From Candidatus Cloacimonadales bacterium (GTDB taxonomy: Bacteria; Cloacimonadota; Cloacimonadia; Cloacimonadales; JAFGVF01), in NCBI GenBank assembly GCA_963663475.2, contig CAXXJV010000001.1, positions 2,016,001-2,080,000 on the forward strand: a stretch of DNA of 64,000 nt, read 5' to 3'. The position numbers and the translations under genes were made by a program. The notes below the pieces were generated by a model that was not told where the DNA came from, ran no database searches, and saw nothing but the letters and a program-made list of their open reading frames with translations. Position 1 is the first letter of the stretch; each line of letters opens with the position of its first letter. This document shows, in pieces, positions 20,438 through 30,119 of this stretch.

Positions 20438-21757
20438 ATGAAAAAAAGTTTTATCACACTTATTTTTTTAGCAATGATTATTGCTTTAGTCGGTAACGGG
20501 ATTAGTCTTAACTCTATGGGTCCTAAAGCAGGAGCTATGGGTGGTGCCTTTGTAGGTCAAGCAGATGATGCAACAGCCGTATTTTGGAATCCAGCTGGTC
20601 TAGTAGGCCAAAGAGCTTCTTTTACTGCTTCAATGGTTGATGTTACTTTATTTCCAACTTACAAAAATGATGATTATGCAATTGATGCTGAAGCTGATGA
20701 TGTTCGTTTTATTTCCCCTCATATTTTTGCTAATTACTCTAAAGATAAATTTGCTTGGGGTTTTGGATTTTATGTACCTCATGCTTTAGGAGTTGAATGG
20801 GATGGTCAAGATTTATTAGCTTTCAATGGACCTCAAACTTATGAAGCAGCACCAGGAGTAAATCTCAATAATAATTCATATGGTAAAGTATTTGATTGGA
20901 AATCTCAGATATCCATGATTACTGTAAGTTCTTCTGCTGCCTATGAAGTTACTGATAAATTCAATGTAGGAATCTCAGTAAATATTCATCATGGCTCAAT
21001 GGAGTTAAAAAGAGGTGAAAATAGAGTAAATAATTTTACAGGCGCAATGGGACCAGATAGTCAAGGAATGCTTGATACCCAATATAGTGAAGAGGTAACT
21101 GGCTCAGGAACTAGCTTTAGTTTTGGTCTTCAATACCAAGCAATAGAAAATTTATCTTTTGGTATTTCTTATAGATCACCATCAATAGTAGCTTTCTCAG
21201 GAGATGCTGAATTTACTCATATGCCTTATGTTACTGAAGATGGAAATTTGATAGAAACTTCACACGAACTTTATGTTAGAAGAGATTTTGAGATTCCTTT
21301 CTGGTTGGGAGTTGGAACTTCTTGGAAGGCTAGTGATAGATGGACTTTTAATTTAGACGGTCAGATGACACGTTGGTCAACTTATGATAAACTAGTTTCT
21401 CAGATTGTCATGGAAGAAGGTGTTGAAAATGTTATTACTCATATGGAATGGGAGGATGCAATTCAAGTTAGATTTGGTACAGAATTTAAAGCTACCCAGT
21501 GTTTAGCTTTCAGAGCTGGTTATTTTTATGATCCTGCACCAGCTCCAGACGAAACACTTAACATCCTTTTCCCATCTTCAACCAATCATAATGCTACCTT
21601 AGGTTCTGGTTATACTTATAATAATTTCTCAATCGATTTAGCCCTTGAATACTATTTTGGCCAAGAAAGAGAAGTTGAAGCAGAGGCTCACAATATGGCT
21701 GGTAGTCATCAAATGGATATATTTGCCTATATTCTAGGATTGACATATAGTTTCTAA
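20438..21757 (+). CDS. FadL/TodX-family outer membrane hydrophobic-compound channel
   Basis: AMGGAFVGQADDATAVFWNPAGL, WEDAIQVRFG, FRAGYFYDPAP, terminal Phe. ATG 20438 follows GGAG (ORF track start 20399). Confidence 0.88.
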   Translation: MKKSFITLIFLAMIIALVGNGISLNSMGPKAGAMGGAFVGQADDATAVFWNPAGLVGQRASFTASMVDVTLFPTYKNDDYAIDAEADDVRFISPHIFANYSKDKFAWGFGFYVPHALGVEWDGQDLLAFNGPQTYEAAPGVNLNNNSYGKVFDWKSQISMITVSSSAAYEVTDKFNVGISVNIHHGSMELKRGENRVNNFTGAMGPDSQGMLDTQYSEEVTGSGTSFSFGLQYQAIENLSFGISYRSPSIVAFSGDAEFTHMPYVTEDGNLIETSHELYVRRDFEIPFWLGVGTSWKASDRWTFNLDGQMTRWSTYDKLVSQIVMEEGVENVITHMEWEDAIQVRFGTEFKATQCLAFRAGYFYDPAPAPDETLNILFPSSTNHNATLGSGYTYNNFSIDLALEYYFGQEREVEAEAHNMAGSHQMDIFAYILGLTYSF

Positions 21758-21778
21758 CAAGAAGTAAATTAATAACTT

Positions 21779-21810
21779 AAAGACCTGATTATGTCAGGTC
21801 TTTTCTCTTT
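21779..21810 (+). terminator. Intrinsic terminator
   Basis: AAAGACCTGA-TTATG-TCAGGTCTTT followed by a T-rich tail. Confidence 0.85.
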
Positions 21811-21905
21811 TTTACTTTTTTAATCAGGTAACTTTGAATAGTGGTTACAATAAAATACTTGACTAATCTATAAGGATAAAAAAAATCACATTAACGAGGT
21901 AATTA

Positions 21906-22322
21906 ATGTTAGAAATTGATAATCAAAGTGATAGATGTATCGATACTGATAGTCTTGAATCTATCTATAACTTAATATTAGAGAAAGAGAAGAGAGAAAA
22001 AAAAGAACTTGCTTTACTCTTAGTTGATAATGGGAAAAGTAAGTTTTTTAATAAAAAGTTTCGCGGTAAAGATAGTGAAACTGATGTTATTTCTTTTTCC
22101 TCAGAACTAGCATTTTTACCAACCTATGGTGATATGATAATTGACCTTTCTGTTGCTGATAGACAGAGGGGGGAGAATACTTTAGATTATGAAGTTATTG
22201 TCTTGTTTATTCATGGACTACTTCACTTGTTAGGTTATGACCATTTGGCAAAAAAAGACCAAGATGTCATGAGCAAAAAAGAAAAAGAATATATTAACTT
22301 ATTTAAAAAGGAGATACTTTAA
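21906..22322 (+). CDS. ybeY: rRNA maturation endoribonuclease YbeY
   Basis: FRGKDSETDVISF and HGLLHLLGYDH. Confidence 0.95.
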   Translation: MLEIDNQSDRCIDTDSLESIYNLILEKEKREKKELALLLVDNGKSKFFNKKFRGKDSETDVISFSSELAFLPTYGDMIIDLSVADRQRGENTLDYEVIVLFIHGLLHLLGYDHLAKKDQDVMSKKEKEYINLFKKEIL

Positions 22323-22324
22323 TA

Positions 22325-23617
22325 GTGGACGACTCGCTTCCATATCTGACATTATTGTTGTTATTAGTGTTATCCGCGTTTTTTTCAGGTTCAGAAACTG
22401 CTTTTTTTTCTATAAATAAATTGCAGATTAAAAAATTAGAGAGTAATAAAGATAAAAGCTCTAAAAGAATCTTAAGATTAATTAAGAATCCAACTTATTT
22501 GTTGATTATAATTTTATTGAGTAATACTCTTGTTAATATTGCTGTTTCGTCTATTTCGACAATTTTAGCAATAGAACTCAATAAAACTTATCACTGGTTT
22601 GCTAATAATACTAGCCCAGTTTTAATTGCAATTCAAATTGCTATAACTACTATTGCCCTACTTACCATGGGGGAGATTATACCTAAACTCTTTGCTTTCG
22701 GTAATAGTGAAAAATTTGCTGGTTTTTCAAGTATTATATTACTTCCCTTAAGCTATATTTTATATCCACTTTTAAAACCATTAGAATGGATTATTACCCT
22801 AGTCTCAAAAAAGAATGTAATTTCTGATAATGATAATTTGAGTATTACTTCTGAAGATTTTAAGAATCTCATTAAATCAGAATCAGCTGACCATCCTCTT
22901 GAAGATAATGAAAAAGAGATAATTGCTGGAATCTTTAGATTCTCCAGTACAGAAGTTAGAGAAATTATTATGCCAAGAGTTGATATTGTAGCTGTTGAGG
23001 AAGAAGAATCTATTGAAGACTTAAAGGATAAGATTAGAGATTTTGGTTATTCCAGAATACCTGTTTATAGCGAAACAATAGATAATATCACAGGTATTAT
23101 TAATGTAAAAGACTTAATTATAAATAATGGCTATAAGGACATTAAAGAATTAAAGAGACCTGCTTTCTTTGTCACTGAAAATACTAAGATTCAAGTTCTT
23201 TTCAATCATTTCCAGGCTAATAAAATGCAAATAGCTATTGTTGTTGATGAATATGGTGGAACAGCAGGTTTGGTTACTCTTGAAGACATTTTAGAAGAGT
23301 TAGTGGGTGATATTCTTGATGAATATGATGCTGACGAACCTAAAGAAATTGACGAAATTGAAGATAACCTCTACATCCTATCTGGTAAACTTAGTATTTC
23401 CGAGATTAACGAGAAATTCTCTTTAGATATTGATTCTGAAGAATATGATAATTTAGCTGATTATCTCTTATCAGAGCTTAATCATATCCCTCATGAAGGT
23501 GAGATTTATGAGTTAGAAAACCTAGCTAAATTCACAGTTACTTCTATTAATGGTCAGAGAATTGAATTTGTAAAACTTGAAATTATTAGTGAAGACGAGA
23601 ATGATGAAAAGAGTTAA
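22325..23617 (+). CDS. CNNM/HlyC-CorC family (DUF21-CBS-CorC) membrane protein
   Basis: SAFFSGSETAFFS, GEIIPK, VVDEYGGTAGLVTLEDILEELVG. Confidence 0.92.
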   Translation: MDDSLPYLTLLLLLVLSAFFSGSETAFFSINKLQIKKLESNKDKSSKRILRLIKNPTYLLIIILLSNTLVNIAVSSISTILAIELNKTYHWFANNTSPVLIAIQIAITTIALLTMGEIIPKLFAFGNSEKFAGFSSIILLPLSYILYPLLKPLEWIITLVSKKNVISDNDNLSITSEDFKNLIKSESADHPLEDNEKEIIAGIFRFSSTEVREIIMPRVDIVAVEEEESIEDLKDKIRDFGYSRIPVYSETIDNITGIINVKDLIINNGYKDIKELKRPAFFVTENTKIQVLFNHFQANKMQIAIVVDEYGGTAGLVTLEDILEELVGDILDEYDADEPKEIDEIEDNLYILSGKLSISEINEKFSLDIDSEEYDNLADYLLSELNHIPHEGEIYELENLAKFTVTSINGQRIEFVKLEIISEDENDEKS

Positions 23618-23689
23618 GTTCTCTCATTTAAAAAGAGTAGTGGGTAGAGAAATTATCTATAAAAAATAATAATAAAGAAGATTGATACT

Positions 23690-24073
23690 ATGAATAAAAT
23701 TAAAATATTTTATGGGATTTTACTAGCTTTATGGTTTGTCGCCAGTGTGATTACTTCTATTCTACCATCTGAGTCAATCCCAATTGATTATATATTTGGT
23801 TATGATAAGTTACTTCATGCTATTAAATTTGCTATATTTTCCATTATCCTTTATAATTTTTTGCACTATACAAAGCTGAAGTATGCAAACAAATTATTAA
23901 TTTATATACCACTCCAGTTTTATCCTATTATAGATGAATTGCTACAATTACATGTCCCAAGTAGGTCTTATAGTGCCTATGATATTTTAGCTAACTATGT
24001 AGGCTTATTGATTGGATTAATTGTGGCTATATTTATTAGATTGTTTATTCATGGTAAGGGAATATTAAAATGA
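23690..24073 (+). CDS. VanZ-family membrane protein
   Basis: DKLLH, DELLQLHVPSR, DILANYVG. Confidence 0.85.
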   Translation: MNKIKIFYGILLALWFVASVITSILPSESIPIDYIFGYDKLLHAIKFAIFSIILYNFLHYTKLKYANKLLIYIPLQFYPIIDELLQLHVPSRSYSAYDILANYVGLLIGLIVAIFIRLFIHGKGILK

Positions 24074-25284
24074 AACTAAAAAATATATCTTCAGCTGATA
24101 CTCAGAACTGGAGAAATGCTGAGCAACTAATTTATGATGTCATGAAATTACATGATTTTGAAGAAGTTAGATTATCATTGCTTCAAGAGAGCCAGATGCT
24201 GAAAAAGTGTCTTAAACGAGATTTTTATACTGATGAAAAGGATACTAGGAATCCAAATGTTATGATTGATTTGTGTTTGGATCAGAATATTAGTCTCCGT
24301 CCTGAAGGTACTATTAACTTGTTGTCTAATTTCCTTAACAACTATGATAATAGCAAAGCTCTTAAATACTATTATTTAGGAAATATGATTAGGATTGTTG
24401 ATAATGAAGTTGAGGAAACATATAGATTAGGAGCAGAGATTTATGGTGATGAGACTATAGTTTCTGATATTACAGTGATTGACACAGCATTAAAACTTTT
24501 AAATGCCTTTGGTTTTAAATCTACTCTAGTTGAGATAAATTCCTTTGGTTGTGAAGATTGTATCCTTACTCTGCCTAAGGTTCTTATGAAAGATTCTCTA
24601 GATAAGACACAGTCTCCTGAAAAAGAAACAAGAATTACCTCAAATTACTATCAGAATTCCTTAGAAAACTCTAATTATTGTCCTGAATGTCAAGCAAGAC
24701 TTCATAAGATAAGACATTTCCTTTCCAACCTAATGATAAAGTATAAATACAATCCAGATTTAACAAGAACTTACAATTATTATAATGCCATGGTTTTTAA
24801 CATCTATATTCAACAGGGAGATGAGAATATTCTTGTTGGTGGTGGTGGTAGATATGATCATTTAACTGAGTATGTGACTGGTAGAAAAATTCCTTCCATT
24901 GGCTTTGATCTAAATCTTGATACTATATATGAGCTGGTAAAAAAGAATAATCTTTTCCCAGATAACAGCTTTGAATTCAAAGTCTTTATATGTTCAGAAT
25001 CTGAAGATCTTTTACTCAATGAAATGCAAATTCTCCAAGAACTCCATAAAAAAATGATTTATACAATCCAGGGAAAAGTAACTCCTAGCTCTCATAAAGC
25101 CTTAGAATTAGCTAAGGAAGAAAGCTGCTCTGTCATGATTTATATTGATAATGAATCACTCTATAAAGGCAAAGTTGAAGTTGTTAATCTACACAAAGAA
25201 CATGGTTATCATGTATCTTTAGATGCTATTATTGATGAATTAGAAATTATTAAAAAATCTATAAAACAACAGTTGTTTATATGA
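24070..25284 (+). CDS. Degenerate histidyl-tRNA synthetase paralogue (HisS/HisZ-like)
   Basis: LRPEGT, INSFGCEDC, GGGRYDHL, SIGF and a C-terminal anticodon-binding-like domain; motif 2 is eroded. Confidence 0.75.
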   Translation: MKLKNISSADTQNWRNAEQLIYDVMKLHDFEEVRLSLLQESQMLKKCLKRDFYTDEKDTRNPNVMIDLCLDQNISLRPEGTINLLSNFLNNYDNSKALKYYYLGNMIRIVDNEVEETYRLGAEIYGDETIVSDITVIDTALKLLNAFGFKSTLVEINSFGCEDCILTLPKVLMKDSLDKTQSPEKETRITSNYYQNSLENSNYCPECQARLHKIRHFLSNLMIKYKYNPDLTRTYNYYNAMVFNIYIQQGDENILVGGGGRYDHLTEYVTGRKIPSIGFDLNLDTIYELVKKNNLFPDNSFEFKVFICSESEDLLLNEMQILQELHKKMIYTIQGKVTPSSHKALELAKEESCSVMIYIDNESLYKGKVEVVNLHKEHGYHVSLDAIIDELEIIKKSIKQQLFI

Positions 25285-25745
25285 AGATAATCAATGCGAC
25301 TTTATGTTATATTCAAAAGAATGATAAAACCCTAATGTTGCATCGGGTAAAAAAAGAAAATGATATACATCAAGACAAATGGAATGGTTTAGGGGGTAAG
25401 TTTGAGTCAGGAGAATCACCAGAAGACTGTTTATTGAGAGAAGTAAAAGAAGAGAGTGGCCTTACTTTAACAGATTTTAGACTAGTAGGTTTACTTTCTT
25501 TTCCAAAATTTGATGGTTCGAATGATTGGCAAGTATTTCTCTATCAAGCTAGTGATTTTAAAGGTAACATAATTGAGTCTGAAGAAGGAAACTTAAAGTG
25601 GATTGCTAATAAAGAGCTTCTAGATTTAAATTTATGGCCAGGAGATAAAATATTTTTAAAATGGATGTTAGAAGATAGATTTTTCTCAGCAAAATTTATC
25701 TATCATAATAAAGAGTTACAAGACTATTCAGTAAAATTCTATTGA
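25281..25745 (+). CDS. Nudix 8-oxo-dGTP diphosphatase (MutX/MTH1-like)
   Basis: WNGLGGKFESGESPEDCLLREVKEESGL Nudix box. Confidence 0.9.
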   Translation: MKIINATLCYIQKNDKTLMLHRVKKENDIHQDKWNGLGGKFESGESPEDCLLREVKEESGLTLTDFRLVGLLSFPKFDGSNDWQVFLYQASDFKGNIIESEEGNLKWIANKELLDLNLWPGDKIFLKWMLEDRFFSAKFIYHNKELQDYSVKFY

Positions 25746-25750
25746 AATAA

Positions 25751-28700
25751 ATGAAGAAATGCCTAACCCTTATTTTTCTCCTTTTTATAAGCATTTACCA
25801 GGGTGAAGATCTTAAATACTGGATTAGTGAATATTTTTCTCCTCAAGATACACAAATTCAATTAAAACATAATCAACTGATAACTTATTCAGAGACGGTA
25901 CTTTCAGATAGCTTAGTTTTTACAAGAAATCTGGATTATTCTATTGATTATCAAGAGGGTAAAATTTGGCCAATTTCAGACAAGATAAAAAAAGAAAGAC
26001 AATTAAAAATTGACTATAAAATTATTCCTCAAGATTTCTTAGAAGCCTTGTATTTATATAAGATTGAAGTAAGGGATGACTCAACTTATGTTGTGGAAAA
26101 AAGAGAAAGGAAGGCAACATTTTTAGAAAACAATAAGTTATTAATCAATGGTTCAAAAACATTTGCCCTTTCTTTTTCAGAAAGCAAAGACTTTGATGTT
26201 AATCAATCTCTCTATCTAAAACTTTCTGGTGAAATAGCTTCTAATCTCTTTGTTGAAGCTCAATTATCAGATAGTAATTCTCCTATATCTGTGGAAGGAG
26301 GTTCACAAGAACTTAGTTCATTGGATAAAGTCTTTATTTCATTATTTAATGATAATTTTGAACTTTCTTTTGGTGATTTATCACATGAAATCAAGAATAC
26401 TAATTACATCAATTATTTAGCTCAGTTTGAAGGATTGAAAATAGGCTTATTTCAAGATAAAAATGCTATTTATACTGGTTCTTTTGACCAGCAAAATAAA
26501 GTCTGGGCAGCTTTAGCTGTTTCTAAAGGTAAAAATAGCTCTTTTAGATTTACTTGCCTTGAAGGTAAACAAGGACCTTATTATATTTATGTTAATGATA
26601 ATGATCAGAATATTTCTATTATTGCCAATTCAGAAAAACTCTTTATTGATGGAATTAAAGCTGAAAGAGGTATTGATTACTTTATTGATTATAGTGAAGG
26701 TTCAGTTACTTTTGAAAAATTAGTTACTTCTGAAACAGAAATATATATTACATTTGAATATAGTGATGAAAAGTACTCAAACAACCTTTATGTAAGTTCT
26801 TCTCATTATAAAATTACAGATTTTTTAAATATCTCCTTTCACGCTATCCATAGGGAAGACGATAAAGACAACCCACTAGAAGATATCCATACCCCTGAAG
26901 ATATCCAAGCTTTTAAAGTAGCTGGAGATAGCATTATTTTTGTTAATGGGGTATATGAAGTTGAGCTAGGCCAAGGTAATTATATAGCAGAAACAAATGC
27001 TCAAGGTGAAACTATCTACTCTTATGTTGGTGAGGAAGGACAAGGAAACTATAATATATACTTTTCTTACATGGGACAAGGTCAAGGCTCTTATAGCCAA
27101 AATCTACCTAACCAGTTTGAATATGTCGGGAGTGGGAATGGAGACTATGAAGCAGTTAGAAAGTTAAATCCTCCACAAAGACTTAGTAACTATGATCTAT
27201 TAATTAGATTTGGTTTAGAATCTTTCTATTTAGAGCTAGAAAGCCTACTAACAGAGTATGACCAAAATACTTTTTCTGCAAAAGATGATTCTGATAATCA
27301 GGGCTCTATCTCCAAAATAGCCCTGAATCTCAAGCAAGATTTTTCCAGCTGGTCAACTAATAATGTTGCCTCTTATGAATATAAGTCAAATAACCTTAAT
27401 GCAATCAGTGATTTAGAAAATCCTTTGGAGCTTAGTTATGGGGGGGCTGCTACTAGCTATGATTCTCTGAAATCAAAAATACTAGAACTTACTAGTGACT
27501 TTCAGTTAACAGACTATTTCAGGACAAGACTAAACTATAAGTCGCAAAAGATTAAATCTTTCTATGATAGCAATTTGCTTACAACAGATTTTAGCATTTA
27601 TGAGCATTACTATTCTCCTCAAGTAGATTATACTTATACCAATAAATCAATAGACTATTCTTTAGAGAATATTGATAGCTTCAATTATACAAATAAGACC
27701 TTGCAACTAAGCAAAAAAATATCTTTCCTACAAGCTAGATTTAACTTTCTAAAGGAAAGAAGCCAAGAAAATTTTACACCAAACTTTAAAACAGCTTTTG
27801 ATTATCAGAAATATACTTATTCCTTAAATACAATTAATCTTGCTAATATAAATATTGCTAGTTCATATTGGCAAGACCACAGAAAAAATCTAAACAATGA
27901 AGAATGGCAAGATATTAGCCTTACCCAGACATACAATAATAATCTTTTATTAAGTTTTAAAAAGTCAAATACTAATGTTGAATATACTCTTAGAAAAATT
28001 GATGGTAAAGATGATAATGTTGAAGACAATACCTTTAATAAAATCACTATTAACTCTAACCACTCCCTCTTTAATAATGGCTTAGATCTAAATTATAACT
28101 ATAAAATTAATAATCTTGAGTTTTACCCTAAAGTTAGAGAATTACAATACATGGGAGAAGGCGGGGGAGCTTATGATTCGCTTGGTTTTTATCAAGAAGA
28201 CGGAGACTGGGATTGGCTTTATGTTAATTCTGGCCAACCCCAACTATCTACAGAGTTAAATTTTAGCTTTAATGGTTATCTCAGACTCAGTAGCTTTACA
28301 CAAACACCCTTCTGGAGAAATCTAACAGCAGATCTCAGAACAATTATTACAGAAGATAGTAAAACTAGTGAAAAATTAAAATTATATCTTCTAAATCCTC
28401 AAGTCCTGATGAACAATAATACTAGCCTTTATGGCAGACAAAACATTCTTACTCGCTATGGCTATACTTCTGATGGGAAGAAGTTTAACTATAGTCTAGC
28501 TTTGGAATGGGATAAAATCTTAGATAATCGATATCAAGATGATAATAGAACAAGAATTAAAATTATAGATAATGAATTTATGTTGAGAAGAATGAGCTTT
28601 GGTAACCTAGGAACACAATTGACTTATAGGGAAGAAGATGATTCAAGATATCAACAGATAACTAAAGAATATTCTTCAACCTTAAAGTACCAAAATGGCT

Positions 28701-29059
28701 TTTTAAAGAATTACCTCTATAATGGTAATCTGAAGATTAAACTTGAAAATGGTGAAACACGTAATGAACTTAACGATTATGAAATTTGGCTTGCTGGTTT
28801 GAATAATATTATTACAGCTAACTTAGCGCGAAAATATACTTTACAGCTTAATAATGATTTTATCTATACTTGGGATAAGAGTCAGACTGATTTTATATTT
28901 TTACCTGAAAAAAGACCAGGCTTTTCTCTCAAATGGAATATTTCAGCTAAATATAATTATAATCAATATATAACTCTGAATCTTTCATATTTTGGTAATA
29001 AGTATCCTCAAAATCCGATGGAAAATAATTTAAATATAGAAATAAAGGCAGAATTTTAA
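25751..29059 (+). CDS. Large hypothetical outer-membrane protein, probable beta-barrel
   Basis: Signal-like N-terminus, alternating aromatic beta-strand pattern, C-terminal ...EIKAEF, two DY.IDY.EG repeats. Confidence 0.7.
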   Translation: MKKCLTLIFLLFISIYQGEDLKYWISEYFSPQDTQIQLKHNQLITYSETVLSDSLVFTRNLDYSIDYQEGKIWPISDKIKKERQLKIDYKIIPQDFLEALYLYKIEVRDDSTYVVEKRERKATFLENNKLLINGSKTFALSFSESKDFDVNQSLYLKLSGEIASNLFVEAQLSDSNSPISVEGGSQELSSLDKVFISLFNDNFELSFGDLSHEIKNTNYINYLAQFEGLKIGLFQDKNAIYTGSFDQQNKVWAALAVSKGKNSSFRFTCLEGKQGPYYIYVNDNDQNISIIANSEKLFIDGIKAERGIDYFIDYSEGSVTFEKLVTSETEIYITFEYSDEKYSNNLYVSSSHYKITDFLNISFHAIHREDDKDNPLEDIHTPEDIQAFKVAGDSIIFVNGVYEVELGQGNYIAETNAQGETIYSYVGEEGQGNYNIYFSYMGQGQGSYSQNLPNQFEYVGSGNGDYEAVRKLNPPQRLSNYDLLIRFGLESFYLELESLLTEYDQNTFSAKDDSDNQGSISKIALNLKQDFSSWSTNNVASYEYKSNNLNAISDLENPLELSYGGAATSYDSLKSKILELTSDFQLTDYFRTRLNYKSQKIKSFYDSNLLTTDFSIYEHYYSPQVDYTYTNKSIDYSLENIDSFNYTNKTLQLSKKISFLQARFNFLKERSQENFTPNFKTAFDYQKYTYSLNTINLANINIASSYWQDHRKNLNNEEWQDISLTQTYNNNLLLSFKKSNTNVEYTLRKIDGKDDNVEDNTFNKITINSNHSLFNNGLDLNYNYKINNLEFYPKVRELQYMGEGGGAYDSLGFYQEDGDWDWLYVNSGQPQLSTELNFSFNGYLRLSSFTQTPFWRNLTADLRTIITEDSKTSEKLKLYLLNPQVLMNNNTSLYGRQNILTRYGYTSDGKKFNYSLALEWDKILDNRYQDDNRTRIKIIDNEFMLRRMSFGNLGTQLTYREEDDSRYQQITKEYSSTLKYQNGFLKNYLYNGNLKIKLENGETRNELNDYEIWLAGLNNIITANLARKYTLQLNNDFIYTWDKSQTDFIFLPEKRPGFSLKWNISAKYNYNQYITLNLSYFGNKYPQNPMENNLNIEIKAEF

Positions 29060-29060
29060 T

Positions 29061-29834
29061 ATGGGAATGTTAGAAACTTATGGAATGGCTATTATTTTAC
29101 CTGCTATTTTCTTAGCAGGTCTTGTTGATTCAATGGCAGGTGGGGGAGGTCTAATCTCAATTCCTGCCTACTTAGCTGCTGGTTTACCACCTCATTTTGC
29201 TCTGGGAAATAATAAATTTTCTTCAGCAAATGGAACTATCTTTACAACTATTAGGTATTTCAGAAATAATCTAATAGATACTAAAGTTGCACTATTCAGT
29301 GCCTTCTTTGCTCTAATCGGTTCTTTTCTTGGCACTAAAACAGTTTTATACCTATCTCCTAATTTTTTAAATATTCTCTTGATAATTGCTCTTCCAATCA
29401 TAGCTACTATCTTGATAACTAATAATAAACTAGGTAAGATAAATAATTCTCATACTGTAAGTTTAAAAAAGAAATTAGTTACAGCCGTTATAGCTGGCTT
29501 ACTTATTGGTTTTTATGATGGTTTCTTTGGACCAGGAACAGGAGCTTTTCTGATTTTAGTATATACCTCAGTTTTAAGTTATGACTTTGTAGTTGCTAAT
29601 GCTAATGCTAAGGTTGTTAACTTAGCCTCAAATCTGGCAGCAGTGGTAACGTTTATTGCTAGTGGTAAGGTTAATTATGAAATTGCAATTCCAGCTGCTA
29701 TTTGTGGTATCTTGGGTAATTTAACTGGATCTCATTTAGTAATTAAAAAAGGAAATTCTTTTATTAAACCAGTTTTTATAATGGTCTTAATTTTACTTTT
29801 GATAAAAGTGGTTTGGGATCAATTCCAAAACTGA
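29061..29834 (+). CDS. TauE/SafE (TSUP) family transporter
   Basis: AGLVDSMAGGGGLISIP and GFYDGFFGPGTG. Confidence 0.93.
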   Translation: MGMLETYGMAIILPAIFLAGLVDSMAGGGGLISIPAYLAAGLPPHFALGNNKFSSANGTIFTTIRYFRNNLIDTKVALFSAFFALIGSFLGTKTVLYLSPNFLNILLIIALPIIATILITNNKLGKINNSHTVSLKKKLVTAVIAGLLIGFYDGFFGPGTGAFLILVYTSVLSYDFVVANANAKVVNLASNLAAVVTFIASGKVNYEIAIPAAICGILGNLTGSHLVIKKGNSFIKPVFIMVLILLLIKVVWDQFQN

Positions 29835-30038
29835 TTGTTGTCTTAAATAATTAAGTAGATTTCGGGTTAAAAGTTTTTTACGGCCTATTGGACCTCTATT
29901 GGGGGCTATTAGGCCTTTATTAGTTTTCCCTTAGCTTTTGACCCAATGAAGGCATGATAGACAGGTTAGAGAAGTCAATCAATACCAGTACAAGAATTGA
30001 AGAAGGTGAAAATATCTTGCTATTGATCATTAAGTTAT

Positions 30039-30058
30039 TCTACTGCACCATTCGGGTT
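30039..30058 (+). mobile_element. Isolated right end of the MITE-like family
   Basis: TCTACTGCACCATTCGGGTT. Confidence 0.7.
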
Positions 30059-30060
30059 TA

Positions 30061-30086
30061 AAAAAAGCCCTGAGAACAGGGCTTTT
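30061..30086 (-). terminator. Intrinsic terminator, possibly bidirectional
   Basis: AAAAAAGCCCTG-AGAA-CAGGGCTTTT between convergent genes. Confidence 0.85.
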
Positions 30087-30119
30087 ATATGTATTGATTC
30101 TTAATTTCAAATTATGATA

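Noticed and set aside
20438-21757. FadL-like protein as the T9SS shuttle PorV
   Set aside because: Length and C-terminal motifs (WEDA..RFG, FRAGYFYDPAP) fit FadL/TodX transporters better.
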